64,000 bases of DNA from the human T2T-CHM13v2.0 reference genome, Homo sapiens. A program made the translations under genes and the position numbers. The DNA lies in assembly GCF_009914755.1 (NCBI RefSeq), contig NC_060932.1. The stretch is one strand, 5' to 3'. This document shows positions 33,041 to 48,480 of this stretch, one piece after another. The notes under the pieces are model-generated. The model did not search any database, had not been told where the DNA came from, and worked only from the letters and a program-made list of their open reading frames with translations. The first letter of the stretch is position 1; each line of letters opens with the position of its first letter.

Positions 33041-33224
33041 AAGAATCTGGCTCTTTAAATGATGCTCCCCTGCCTCCAGCCTAACCCAAACGCTGAATCT
33101 CTTACAGGAATGTTTTAACAGGCACTGGCTTTCTCTTCTCTTGAACAGAACTAGACCAGGCAGCCTGACATGGGACAAGGAGGGACGTTTTTTACTTTGT
33201 CAAAGTGATTTAATTATGTGCTGA

Positions 33225-33341
<117 letters not shown>

Positions 33342-33598
33342 TGAGTAATCTGTTATTGTGGAGATTTAAAAACCACTTAAGCCCTAATTTTATTTGGGTA
33401 TTTCTTGACCCTGTGTTAAGAGCCTTTCAGTATAATTTTTCTATGAAGACAGGTGGACTAGATTTTATATATCTATATCTATATCTATATATACATAGAT
33501 ATATCTTTTCATCTTTAATATTCCCTTTTCTGATTTAAGTTAAGAATAGTTACTTGGCAAATTATAAAACAAGAGTATAGAAATGGCTCTCTTATTTT

Positions 33599-33871
33599 GG
33601 CCGGGTGCAGTGGCTCATGCCTGTAATCCTATCACTTTGGGAGCCCGAGGTGGGCGGATCACTTGAGCCCAGGAATTCGAGACTAACCTGGTCAACATGG
33701 CGAAACCCTGTCTCTACTAAAAGTACAAAAATTAGCTGGTTGAGGCTGAGGCAGGAGAATCGCTTGAACCCGGGAGGCTGAGGTTTCAGTGAGCCAAAGT
33801 CACGCCACTGCACTGCACTCCAGCCTGGGCGATAGAGTGAGACTCCATGTTAAAAAACAAACAGACAAAAA
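33599..33871 (+). mobile_element. Alu with internal deletion
   Basis: Sense dimer missing the start of the right arm. Confidence 0.93.
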
Positions 33872-33887
33872 GAAATGGATCTCTCTC

Positions 33888-34179
<292 letters not shown>

Positions 34180-34406
34180 TTGGCTCTCTTTTTTTTTTTT
34201 TAAATAAATTAGGAAATCAGATGGTATTTCCCACAAACAACTCTGAGACTTTGTTTTATGAAATACATTAGAGAGAAAATGGATTGGTTGCATTCCTTCT
34301 GGATGTATCTTGAGTTTGGAATGCCATCCTGTCATGGGCTGACCCACACCCCATATTATTGTCACATCAAAAGGGCCCCTTGGAACAGCTGCTTGCTATA
34401 TACTGA

Positions 34407-34798
<392 letters not shown>

Positions 34799-35896
34799 TA
34801 ATTTATTATTTAACTGATGAGAAAGAGACCTTAGGTTATCTAGTTTAACCTCTTGCTGTTAAATGTGAGACCCTCTTGAATATCTCAAGTAAGTTGTTTT
34901 TCTACTTAACATCAGCAACAATTTACCATCCCATTTAGTGACTGAAATTCCAGAGACATCCAGCAAATCTATACATGAAGTTCAATCCCCAAGGTGGCTT
35001 AGCTTCAAGACCTAATCGAGGTTCTAAATGGAGTATGAGAGTATAAAGAAAAATTGAGGAAAACCCATTATAGAGAAGAAATTACTTTTCACAGATTTTT
35101 AAACAGGACATTCTTCCAATTAAAAAGTAATACATGCACAATGATAAAAATTCAGAAAAGGATCTAGAAGGAACTAAAGATCACCCAAAGAAGTCAACCA
35201 TTTAGAGATAATCATTGTTAATATTTTAATGTCATTCCTTTCCATTTTTCTGTGTATGTGTGTGTGTGTTTCCAGCTGTCATCTAGATTCTGAAGGGTGA
35301 CATAGTTTTAAAGGCTAAAAATGTTGATACTCAGGTTAGATTTAGGCAGGTTCCTCCCGACCCTTAGAAGACTAAGGGCCATTGTCATTTGTTTCTCATA
35401 GGTTCTATGGTGTAAGCTGATTTTCTTACCCAAAGTGGTTTGTTGTAAAAGGTGATAAGATGGATTTGGTTTCCTTTGTTCATGATATAGCAGGAGGGAG
35501 AATTCACACATCTCCCAGATTTCTGACAGCGCAGAGGTGGCGCTCCCGCTTCATGTGTGAGGGCCCTGTGTACTGGAAGAAGGGATGTGGGCCCCTCCTT
35601 CTAAAGGATTGTCCAAGGAGGAAATGGTCTTTCCTTTTCCTGCATTTGAGCTCTTCTCTCCCACTCACACATTCTTTCCACGTGCATTTTGCTTTCATAT
35701 TTAAAAGTCCTTAGCAAGGTCCTATTATTCTGCTGTGGAGTGGATTTTTTTTCCACAGAATTGTATCGATTTACGTGTTGAGGGAAATAAGTGGGTCAGA
35801 GAGAGAGGTCGCATCATGACAAAGTTTCTTTCTAATTGGACAGCCATGAAACACCATCCCCACGGTGGGAGAAACGGCAAAGGTAAACTCCACTAT

Positions 35897-36210
35897 GGCG
35901 GCTCACGCCTGTAATCTCAGCAATCCAGGAGGCTGAGGTGGGAGGATCGCTTGACGCCCGGAGTTTGAGACTAGCCTGGGTAACATAGCGAGACGTTGTC
36001 TCCACAAAAAGTTTTTTAAGTTAACCAGGCATGATGGCACATGCCTGTAGTCTGCTACTGTGGAGGCTGAGGCAGGAGGATCACTTGAACCCAGGATGTC
36101 AAGGAGGTCAAGCCTGCATTGAGCTATGATTGTGCCTCTGCACTCCCACCCGGATGACAGAGCAAGACCCTGTCTCTCTCTTTTTTTTTTTTTTTAAAAA
36201 AAAAAGGAAA
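35897..36210 (+). mobile_element. Alu (J-like)
   Basis: gggaggatcgcttga, aacatagcgagac and gctatgattgtgcc are J-type features. Confidence 0.9.
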
Positions 36211-37775
36211 AAAGTAAACAATGCCAAAGAGTGGTAAACACTGCCCCAGAAAGTTGTGCCTTATTTGAAAGTGATTAAAATATACTGAAATGCAAAGGAG
36301 AGATCACTGGGCTTAGTGTGCTTTACTGAGAATTGAGAACTCCCGGAACAGTGTGATACCGAGATTGAAGACTCTTGTGAGAACCAGTGAGCTATGCTGA
36401 AAAATAATAAAGCCCTCCTCATAAATCACACCCAGTGGATCCTCCTGTGTGCGTGAACAGCCGTGAGAGCTGCCCCCTGCACAGTCCACTGCCAGCCAGG
36501 GAAGGTGAAACAGGAGCCACAGCCTCCTGCTCTCCTGACCCCGGAGGCCACCCACTTCCTTCCTCTGCCCCAGCTCTACCTCCCTGCCATTTTGTCATTA
36601 TTTCCTCTCCTATCAAAACAGAAAACACTGAAGTGTGTGGTTTCCTTTAATCACTAATAGCTGCTTTATAGCTTTCTTTTCACTAATTTTGGAATGATCT
36701 CAGACTTTGGTAAGGTGGAGAAATGAGAGGGAGCAGTGCCTTAAATAGTGACTTTCTGAATGTTGCCTTTTGGGAGGTAGAAAGGGGAAGGCAAAGGTCA
36801 AATAGGATCACCCGCCTGGGGTTCTTTCCCAGCACTCCACCCTTTTTCTCCTGAAGAGGGTACTTTCTCTTCTATAAAGATGGTATCCTCAAAATGTTTT
36901 TATGAATTACTTGCTATTGTAGCTAAATACATGTCATCCCTAACGGTTGTGCCATAGACTGAGCTTTTAAACCTTTTATACGAAAGGTGTTGCACTCAGC
37001 AGAGAGAGGGCGCCATCCAGCAAGGGAATGGGATCCCTAACAGAGAGAAAGCAGCCGTGTGGAAAGGTCGGCTGTTTCTCTATTTAGATGTCACATGATG
37101 TTCCTTCAGCTTGGTGGGAGTTTTGGGGCCAGACTGATGTGAACAAATTCTCCAGGTGTGGGGTTTATGTCATCTTTGTCTTTTCCCCATTCCACCCTGA
37201 TTAGAATTGAGCTTCTCTGCCTCAAAAAGAGAGTATTGGCCCAGTTTAAATAGAAGCAGTGTTTTATCGCCTGGTCCTGGGAGGAAGGTGGCCAAGCGTC
37301 GGCTGAACAGCAGTGCACAGTTGCTTTTCCTCTTCCTGGGAGTGCATGGGGTGGGCCCTCATGGGAGAGTGAGCCTACCCTGCCTGAGGGCCCAGGGCTG
37401 CATCCTGCCTCCCAGAGGCAGCCAGAGCTGCTCCTCACCCGACCAGTTTCCTCGCTGCCTGTGATCCCACCTCTGCTAATGTGTCCATCACAATAAGTTC
37501 CCACCTCTGCTGCTCTCCAAGGTCAGCTCCAAACCAGCCAGTCCTTTCCTCATCCTCTTCTTGGATCTTCTGCACAGTATCTGCCTTCTTGAAACTGTCC
37601 TCTTTCCTCTGCAATATCTGTCCTGTATTTCCTCTCACTTTTCTGTTTTCAGTTCCCTTTGCTGGCTTCCCATTCTACCCCTCTCTCCTCCTTACAATTT
37701 CTCATAATTGTGGTTTTGTTCTTTTGTTCTTCCAGGCCCATAGTTCAGGCTTTCTTTCTTTTTAAATTTTATTTC

Positions 37776-38064
37776 TTTTGAGACAGGGTCTTGCTGTGTT
37801 GCCCAGGCTGGAGTTGAGTGGCAGTGATCACAGCTCACTGCAGCCTTGACCTCCCAGACTCAAGCAATCCTCCCACATCAGCCTCCTAAGTAGCTGGGAC
37901 TATAGGCACACACCACAATGTCCAGCTAATTATATTTTAGTTTTTGTAGAGACAGTGTTTCACCATGTTGCCCAGGCTGGTCTTGAACTCCTGGACTCAA
38001 GCAGTCCTCCCACCTTGACCTCTCAAAGTGATGGGATTACAGGCATTGGCCACGGCACGCAGCC
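37776..38064 (-). mobile_element. Alu (J-like)
   Basis: cacagctcactgcagccttgacctcc, ctcaagcaatcctcccac. Confidence 0.9.
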
Positions 38065-38325
38065 TAGACTGTCTGTCTTAAGGGTAGATGCAACTATGAG
38101 CATGAGCTTCCTTCTAGGGAGAGGGTGCAAACACAGGGGAACAGATGTTGGGAGGGGGGGTACCTTCCCAGCACAGGGGAGTCACCGCCGTCCTGCTGGT
38201 ATAGCTTTATAGCCAGTTCCCCTTCTCCTCGTGACTGTGTCTGTTCATCCTCCCTTTATCTTGCCACACCCCACCCCCTGCACTCAAGTGCACCTCCACT
38301 GACATCTCAGAAGCTCTGACAGTAG

Positions 38326-38614
<289 letters not shown>

Positions 38615-39989
38615 TACAAAGCTTTTTTTTAGCAGCCGATCCCCTTTCTTCAAATGGCATCTTGCCCCAAATCCTACTAAGTATCTAAACGAGTAAGCAG
38701 AACAGTTCTGAGTTTGCCACCCAAGACCCGCTTCTCCCCTTCCCTCCTTGTGCCGGGGATTCTTTGGAAGTTAGAAAGTTGACATTAGCACAATAGGAAT
38801 TGTATCTATTGTTTATGCCACACTTAGCTCTTGCTTCCTCCAAAAAGGTGTCTTTGCCCACCCTAATCAGAACTAGAAGCTCACTCCTGAACTTGGAGGA
38901 CCCTTCCTGGCATCCTGTGTGATTGTGTGGTCATTGAGTTAACATGGATACACATCTCATTTCCACTATTGGAGGCTGGGCCCTGGCTGCCAGGAGAGGG
39001 GGTCTCCCACACTCTCAGCCATCCAGGGATTGCTTGTGCAGCCATGGAGCAGTGCGTGTGGGATGCAGCAGCCAGGTACCCGGCCTCCATGTCCATGGCA
39101 TTCCTGTGGCATCCTCAGAATCCACGTGCAGGCTTGTTGGCAAGCCAAAATCTCTTCTTCTGCTTCTCAAGTTTGGCTCATACACCCAGCTCACACACAC
39201 GAGCCTAGAGCTTTCATGCCCCAGATTCCTACAACAACCCTGCCACCATGCCTGTTCCACTCAACTCACCGAAGAGCTCCTGACTCTGGGCTCTACATTA
39301 ACATCATCTTTTTTCCCACATTGTGGAACTGGCTCCACAAGTCGGGGGTGCTGGGAGTATGTGCACCAGTAACCAGCCCTAGGTCAGGAATCTCTAGTGC
39401 CTGCTCCCAGCAGAAGCACCTCAGGCTGCCCAAATGTTTATTTGCCTTTTAACCCTGCTAAACCAAGATACAGGATGGTGGATGGCATCAAAGGGAGTGG
39501 AGGCCCTGACTGAATTCCATTAAGCCACAATTTGTCCACCTAGCTTAGCCTGGGAAAGATCAGAGAGATTTAAATTGAACTGAGTAAAGGGACCTATTGC
39601 TGAGCTGTGCGGAGGAAACCCCAGCACCCCTGGGGGTGAGGAAGTAGGAGGAGGTATGTGTTCTCACACTGGCAGGCTTAATACAGGCTCCCGCTGTGCT
39701 GAAGCCTCCAGCCTCAGCCCTAAACTAGCCACTCTTTGAGTCTTGGTAGAAAAGTAATGTCAGCCTTCTGGAAGGGTGCTGTTGATTGGAACTCCCTCTA
39801 GTGGGCCAGAGGTAATGGTGGGGGCGATGGCTGGTGGTTAAAGGAGCCCATGTGATCGTTGGGTTCCTACCACTTCTCACCATCTCCACAGCCCTGACCC
39901 GGGTCCCCATGTCTGGATGAGTACAGTAGCCTCCCTGCTTCTGCTCTTGTCTTCTCACAGAGTTCTGTTCAGCCAGCAGAAGGTTCTCG

Positions 39990-40415
39990 AATGTTCATCA
40001 CCATGCTGTTCACAATAGCAAAGACATGGAATCCACCTAGTGCCCATCAGTGGTGGACTGGATAAAGCAAATGTGGTACATAGACACCATGGAATAATAC
40101 ACAGCCATAAAAAAGAATGGGATCATGTCCTTTGTAGCAACATGGGTGCAGCTGGAGGCCATAATCCTAAGCAGGAAAAGAAAACCAAAAACCGCATATG
40201 CTCACTTAAAAGTGGGAGCTAAACATTGAGTACACATGGACATAAACATCAGAGTAATAGACACTGCTGACTACTAGGGAGGGAGGAAGCGGGGCATGGG
40301 TGGGAAAACTACTTGCTGGGTGCTACGCTCACTACCTGGGTCCAATATACCCATGTAGCATTCCTACACATGTACCCCCTGTATGTAAAATAAAAGCTGA
40401 AAAAAATTTTAAAAA
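39990..40415 (+). mobile_element. 5'-truncated L1 (L1PB/old L1PA) 3' end
   Basis: cacaatagcaaagacatggaa...cagccataaaaaagaat...aagtgggagctaaac...aaataaaa plus A tail. Confidence 0.85.
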
Positions 40416-40430
40416 AACATTAAGCAAACT

Positions 40431-40846
<416 letters not shown>

Positions 40847-41178
40847 TTAAACCCTCTGCTCTAGACACTCTAGGATCCCCTCAGACTAAAAGCCAAGCCT
40901 ACGGGTGGCCTTCCAGGTCCATGTTACCCTGACCTCAACTCAGCCCTTTCCCCTGATTCCTGGCCCTTCCTTGTGCCTTTCCCATGCCCAGGCCTCAGTC
41001 TGGGACTCTCCACACTTATGTAATCCCATAGCCGGCCCCCTCACCTCCTCCTAGCCACCTTCTCATGAGATGTGCCCACACACACGGACAATGGCTTAGC
41101 TAAGACTCCTCAGCACATTGGCACAAATCATATCCTTAAGTTGCTAACTCAAAAGCACTGGTCTTCAGAAAAACTTCA

Positions 41179-41589
<411 letters not shown>

Positions 41590-41755
41590 TTATGAAGCTT
41601 TTGTTTCAGTGTGTGTGTGTGTGTACACGCATGCGTATACTGGATCACAGTGAAAATTGTGTTTCTTGCTATGGTTCTTAATGGGTCTTAGATCACAAAA
41701 GTTTGAGAAACACAGCTTTAGTCGGCCAATCAGCATGCTTTTAAAAGGGCCCTCA

Positions 41756-42038
41756 GGCTGGCTCATGCCTGTAATCCCAGCACTTTGGGAGGCTGAGGTG
41801 GGTGGATCATTTGAGATGAGGAGTTGGTGACCAGCCTGGCCAACATGGTGAAACCCCGCCTCTACTAAAAATACAAAAATTAGCTGGGTGTGGTGGCAGG
41901 CGCCTGTAGTCCCAGCTACTCGGGAGGTTGAGGCAGTAGAATTGCTTGAACCGGGAGGCGGAGGTTGCAGTGAGCCGCGATTGCACCACTGCACTCCAGT
42001 CTGGGTGACAGAGCTAGACTCTATTTAAAAAAAAAAAA
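41756..42038 (+). mobile_element. Alu (S-like)
   Basis: Sense dimer with A tail. Confidence 0.92.
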
Positions 42039-42606
42039 GATAGAGGGCCTCAAGTCTAGTTGAATATTCAGAAATCTTTCATAATAAACTCAGGGTGTTC
42101 TGTCCGGCTTATGGGTAGATAATCACACTTATGTCCTGGGCTCAACACTCCCATCATAGGAGTTATTAACGAAGTCCGAGCCAAAGATGAAATCATCCTT
42201 TTTATGTCTCCTCACTGCACAGGCTGGCATACCAAACATGTAACTGCCACCTAGCGTCTTAATCACAGTCTAGACTTTAGAAGTACAGTGAGAAAACCTT
42301 CTGGGTTCCTCCACTGAAATGATACTTTCTCACATGTGACATGCTTTGTGGAGCAGTGCTTTAAAGATTCAAGCCAACCACTCTTAAACCTTGTTTTGGT
42401 TCGGGCTAGGGGAAAAGACAGCCCCAGACTCTCTAAAGACAAATTGAGGAGAATTTCTGTTGATTTTTCTGCTTTGCTGAAGTGGTTCTAACTCCAGGCA
42501 TTCAGACCTTCAGTTGTTTAGAGCCATCTACACTTTTGATGATGGCAGTGACCACTATGTCTGCCAGTAAGCAGGGGTACCAAGGGCCTTCTTGGCCCCT
42601 TCTTGC

Positions 42607-42915
42607 CTTTTTTTTTTTTTTTTTTTTTTTTTGAGGCAGAGCCTCACTCTGTCGCCCAGGCTGGAGTGCAGTGGTGCCATCTTGGCTTACCACAACCTCC
42701 TCCACTTCTCAGGCTCAAGTGATTCTCCTGCCTCAGCCTCCCGAGTAGCTGGGACTACAGGTGTGTGCCACCACGCCTGGCTAATTTTTGTATTATTGGC
42801 AGAGATGGGGTTTTACCATCTTGGTCAGGCTGGTCTTGAACTCCTGAGTTCAAGTGATCCGCTCGCCTCAGCCTCCCAAAGTGCCGAGATCACAGACATG
42901 AGCCACCATGCCCTG
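42607..42915 (-). mobile_element. Alu
   Basis: Antisense dimer; TSD ccccttcttgcc. Confidence 0.93.
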
Positions 42916-43279
42916 CCCCTTCTTGCCTTTTTAGAAAACATCTGTGTGAGTACACCATTCATGGAGTGTACAGATCTCATCTTGAGCAAGGAATGCATAA
43001 AATGGACTTGTCTAAAATCAGTATTCATATGCTGCCTGGGATCTCATGGCCAACTATGTCAACCTCACCTCATCCATTCTTACCTCCAAGTCCTGAACCT
43101 TTAGAAAGGCCTGATTTTTATAGTCATAAATGAAGATACAGAACACAAGAGTGACTTTTTTTAATGTTTTAAAGGGGAAATAAGTGTGTGGCGTTTCTTA
43201 AAAAAAAACAAAAAATTTGTATTTAGCACAATCTTTTACAGATCAAGAGAAGGTAAAGGGTTTATATTTTCACCAAAAA

Positions 43280-43660
43280 CGGGGGCTATTTCATCTGGAA
43301 ATTCTTAGAAGGCTGGGAAGGAATGTGATTAATGCCTTCAAATTATTGAAAGACTCTCTTGGAAGGGTCAAACTCACCCTGTGTGGCAGCCACCTAGCCT
43401 CTTAATCACAGTCTAGACTTCAGAACTACAGTGAAAAAGCCTTCTAGGTTCCTCCACTGAAATGATGCTTTCTCACCTGCGACATGCTAGGGTAATGTTA
43501 GGACCCAGGGTAGGAGGTATAGGAGGCAGATACCAGCCTGTGACAAGGAAAAACTTCCTAACTGCTGAAGAGTTTGACCAGAAAAATAAGCCACCTTGCA
43601 AAGGTAGTAGTTTCCCTGTGCCTGAGAGGGTTCCAGCAGAGGCGGCGTGATCACCCACCC
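43280..43660 (+). mobile_element. L3/CR1 LINE 3' remnant split by a 100-bp insert
   Basis: ccttcaaattattgaaag...tgtgtggc / taggacc...ggaggcagat...aaggaaaaacttcctaac...ggtagt...cagcagaggc...tgatcacc resembles recalled L3 consensus. Confidence 0.65.
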
Positions 43661-43920
43661 TTATGGCAGTGGAGGTGCTGAGTTAGGTGATGCCAGTGCC
43701 CCTAGCTATTAAAATTTATGAGTCACGATTTCGGTCTGGGAAGAAGGAAGAGGTGAAAAATACTTTATTATTTCCGAAGTAAATGCAGTTGGCTTGAACA
43801 GTGTTATTTTGTGGGGTACCTGCTACCAGTGTTTGAGGCAGAAATCGCATGATGAGTTGAACTTTTTCATTCAATCATGCATATTTTGGATAAAGTGTAT
43901 GCTCTGGTAAGATGGATTAA

Positions 43921-44082
<162 letters not shown>

Positions 44083-44779
44083 TAAACTCTCATAGTATCA
44101 CTTTAAACGGAGGGGGGCAAAGAAACCCTCTTGTGTGTCAAAGTTCCTTAGAAATTCATAAAAAGATGTTCTACTTGTAATTGTCTGAGACTGGCCACCA
44201 GCCTAATTTCAAGAGTAAGACACAGCTACACAGTATCTGAAATAGGTCACCTCAGCAGATTCCAGTCAAACGCCTTCGACAGGTACACCCCACGTGCATT
44301 TCCTTGACTCACGAGAATTTGTCTGCACGTGCTATGCATTTAGGGACCACCATGAAAGGACAAGAAAGATCACAGTGCACTTTGCTTTCTCATCATCATG
44401 CCGCATACATCTTAACCTACATATCATTGCACATGGATTTATATATAAAAGGACATATGGTCATTCATAGGCAATAAAATATGTTTTGGAAGATAATTCG
44501 ATCCTGCAATTTCTGCCCTCCAGGTCCACGTTATAACCCAAGCCTGGATATCACCTTCCGCTCTGAAGGGAAGAGCCTGTAGGGACACCAGCCTAAGCCT
44601 TGGTTCTTTTGCCCTGGGGCTCTTCCCTCACCTTTCAAATGAAGTAAGATAGTACCCACTTACACATTTTGTGACTGCCATTCTTCATTTAAATATTTGA
44701 AGTTATTATTTTGAAGAAAAGTTCTTATTTTATATTTAAGCTTAAGATTTTTCACTTAGTCTAGAAAATGTATTGGGCT

Positions 44780-45410
44780 TTTTAAATAATCATAGAAAAT
44801 TTCAGACATGTGCAAATAGAGAGGATAGATGGCCCCTCATGAACCCATCATCGGTTATCAACTCAGGGCCAATTGTGTTTCCTCTTATGTTGTACTCACT
44901 GCCCCAACCCTAACTTATTTTGAAACAGATCCACCTTTAATATTTCAGGATGGATCACTAAAAGAAGCTCAGGATACTTTTTCGGTTTAATGCAACCACC
45001 CTACCATTATCATATCTAAAAAAGAATTAACAGTAATTCCTTAATATCATCAAATACCTAATCAGTGTTCAAATTACTAACCTTTTCTTAAAGGTTGTAT
45101 TTGTTTAACAATATATTTGAATCCACATTCACCCATCGTGATTGGTTGGCATGCCTTTTAAGTCTCTGAATCCATAGGTTTTCCTCTATCGCTAACCCTC
45201 TTTCCCTCGTAATTTATCGGTTGAAGAAAGCAGCCCTTTTGTCCTATAGATTTTCCCACAGTCTGGATTTTACTGATTTTATCGTATCTTGTAATTTAAC
45301 GTATTTCTTTGTCCTCTGTATTTTCTGTAAGTCGGTAATTGGATCTAGAGGCTTAATCACATTTGGGTCTAGTTTTTTTCTTTTCTTTTCTCTTTTTTGG
45401 CAAGACTAAC
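44780..45410 (-). mobile_element. Old L1M 3' remnant
   Basis: ttaacagtaattccttaatatcatcaaata...ttcccacagtctggattttactgatt...tggatctagaggctt. Confidence 0.55.
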
Positions 45411-45945
45411 CTTTGTATTTTTAACGTGTCTTTTATCGCCTTTAACGGGATCTATTTTTAGGGTTACTTGTTAGAAATCCTAACTGTACCAAGGCACAGT
45501 GAGCCTGTTCTGTCCTGTTTCATCTTGAACAATAAAAGGGAATAATGATCTCCTTTGTATTTAAACTACAGAATTAATGCCCAAGTATATTTTTCCATGT
45601 CAGTGAGACCAGATGTAAGGAATCGGTTAGGGAAATGTGTCAGACATGCCCAGAGATTTTCACTATGCTCTTCTCAGATATGTCTCTGGCCTGTGCACCT
45701 CAAGTCTGAATTGTAATAGGACCTGACTGCAGGGGGCAGAGGTGGGTGCCCTCTTCACCGGGTACCAGAGAACCACCCGCCCACAGGGAGGGTGAGACAG
45801 GCAGGACTCCCAGGACAAGACAGACAGCCCTCCTCACCACAGCAAATCACAGGCCTCCCAGCTGCCTCCCCACCACTGCCCCCTGGGCAGCAGTGACCAG
45901 AAAGGTCTTCTCAGGCCACCTACCCAGGCAGCCCTCTCTGGTCCC

Positions 45946-48480
45946 TGTCTTAGTCCATTTTCTGTTGCTATAACAGAATACCATGGGCTTGGTAATTTAC
46001 AGAGAAATTAAATCACAGTACTTTATTTGGCTCACGGTTCTGACAGCTGGGAAGTCCAAGAGCGTGGTACCAGTATCTGGCAAGGGTCACCCCATGATGG
46101 AAGGGCAGAAGGGGGAAGTGAGCATGTAAGACAGCAGGAGGTGGGCCGGACTTACCCTTCTTATCAGGAACCCACTCCCACGATCACTAAATCACTAACA
46201 CGCTCCTGTGATAACAATCCCACTCCTGCAATAATAGCATCAGTCCATTTATGGGGTGCACTCCTCATGACCTAATCATGTCTTAAAGGCCCCACCTCCC
46301 AATATCATTACATTGACAGCTAAGTTTCAACATGAGTTTTGGCAGGGACATTCAAGCCATAGCATTCCACCCCTGACCCCCGCTTCTCACATACGAAATA
46401 CATTCATTTCATGCCAGTAGTCCCAAAAGTCTTCACTTGGCCCAGCATCAACTCCAAAGTTCAGAGTCTCATCTAAATCAGATATGAGTGACAGTCAAGG
46501 CACAATTCGTCCTGAGGTGAATTAACCCCACTTGGACACCACTGCAGTTTCTGGCCTATACCTTCCAGAGTGGTAGCTCAAGCCACACCAAGGTCCACTT
46601 GAGCCACAGCCAAGAAGAACTATGCCAGCTGTGAGCCTGTGAAATCACACAGGTCGTCTACTTCCACAATACAATAATGGGACAGGCATAGGATAGACAT
46701 TGCAAATCTGAAAGGGAGAAATGGGCAAGAAAAAAGGGATAAGCAGTCCCAAGTAAGTACAGAACCCAACAGGGAAACATTACATCTTAAAGCTGGAGAA
46801 TAATCTCCTTTGACTTTATGTTCTGTGTCCTGGCCTGGGGCAGGAGTTGGGCCCCCAGGCCTGGCAGCTCCACCCCTGTGGCTGTGCCGGGTTCAGCCAG
46901 TGCTTCAGTTCTTCCAGGCGGGAGTTGCACACTGGCAACCCTACAGTTCTGTGGTGTTGGGGATGACCCTGCTGCCACTGCTCCTCTCTGGTGGCTCCAA
47001 CCCCACATTTCTCCTTGGCATTGCCCTAGTATTGGCTCTCTGCAGTGGCACTGCCCCTGTGGCAGGTTTTTGCCTAGACTTCTAGGCAGTTCGCCGCATC
47101 CTTTGAAATCTAGGTGGAGGAAGCCATGGCCTCCACAGCTCTTGCGTTTTGCATACCTGCAGAATTAACACCACATGGACACCACCATGGGTTATAGCTT
47201 ATCCCTCCCAGAGTGGTAGCCCAAGCCACACCAAGGCCCACTTGAGCCACAGCTAAGGCAGCCAAGGAGCACTCTGCTAGAATGTGGGAGTAGAGTCCCT
47301 AGGTAGCCCTGGTCAGTGAGCCCGTGGAGGGCTCCCCAGGCCTGTAACCGAAAACCATTCTGCCCTCTTAGAGCTCTGGGTCTGTGATGGGAGGGGCAGC
47401 CTTGAAGATCTCTGAAACGCTTTTGCTTTCAGGGATCTTCCTCACATTTTCTTGATGAATAGCACCTGGTTTCTTTCTTTCCATGGTAATCTCTTTAACA
47501 GCCACGTGGCCCCACCCTTAGTGTTTGGAATATGCTTTTTCACTGTTTACATGGCCAGGCTTTGAATTTTCCAGATTATTCCATTCTGCTTCCCTTTTAA
47601 TTTTAAATTGTCTTTAAGTCATTTCCTTCCTCTGGAATCTCATTGTATGCAGTCAGAAGTAGCCACACAGTAGCCCGAATGCTTTGCTGCTTGGCTGTCT
47701 TCCACCAGATATCCTAGTTCATTGCCCTCAGGCTGCACACTCTAGAAAGCCTTCAGGCATGGACACAATTCAGCCAAGGTCTTTGCTACTGTGTGACAAG
47801 GATGCCCTTTACTCCACTTTCCAATCCTTGCTCCTCATTTCCATTTGAGACCTCATCAGAGTGGCCTTGACTGTTCATATTGCTACCAGCATTCTGGTCG
47901 GGAACGCTTAAGTAATCTCTAAGAAGACTGAGGCTTTCCCTCTTTTCTTCTGAGCCCTCACCAGGATCACCCTTAATGCTCCCTTTACAGCAATACAGGC
48001 TTTTTCTAGCCTGCTCCTCCAAATTCTTTCAGCCTCTACCCATTAGCCAGTTCAAAAGCTGCTTCCATATTTTCAAGTATTTGTTATAGTAACCACCCCA
48101 CTTTTTGGTACCGATTTTCTGTCTTAGTCCATTTTCTGTTGCTATAACAGAATACTGCAGACTGGGTAATTTCAAAAGAAAATAAGTTTATTCTGCTCAC
48201 AGTTTTGGAGGTTGGGAAGTCCAAAAGTATGGCAATGGCATCCAGTGAGGTCATCCCATGGTGGAAGGGCAGAAGGCAGAAACAAGTGCACCAGACAGAG
48301 AGGGAAGTGCCAAACTCATCCTTTTTATCAGGAACCCACTCCCAAGATAACAGCCTGAATCCATTCATGAGGGCTTTGCCCTCATGACCTATCACCTCTT
48401 AAAGGCCCCACCTCCTAATACTGTTAAGTTGGCAGTTAAGTTTCGAGGAGAGTTTTGGCAAGGACATTCAAACCATAGCA
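45946..48480 (-). mobile_element. Full-length MaLR (MST-type) provirus: 3' LTR 45946-46364, internal 46365-48119, 5' LTR 48120-48480
   Basis: Both LTRs begin tgtcttagtccattttctgttgctataacagaata and end ccatagca. 5-bp TSD gtccc/gtcac; purine tract on the minus strand next to the left LTR. Confidence 0.88.

Noticed and set aside
35527-35547. CTCF-like motif cgcagaggtggcgct (and a similar one near 37000)
   Set aside because: Only the 3' half matches the consensus; too weak without ChIP data.
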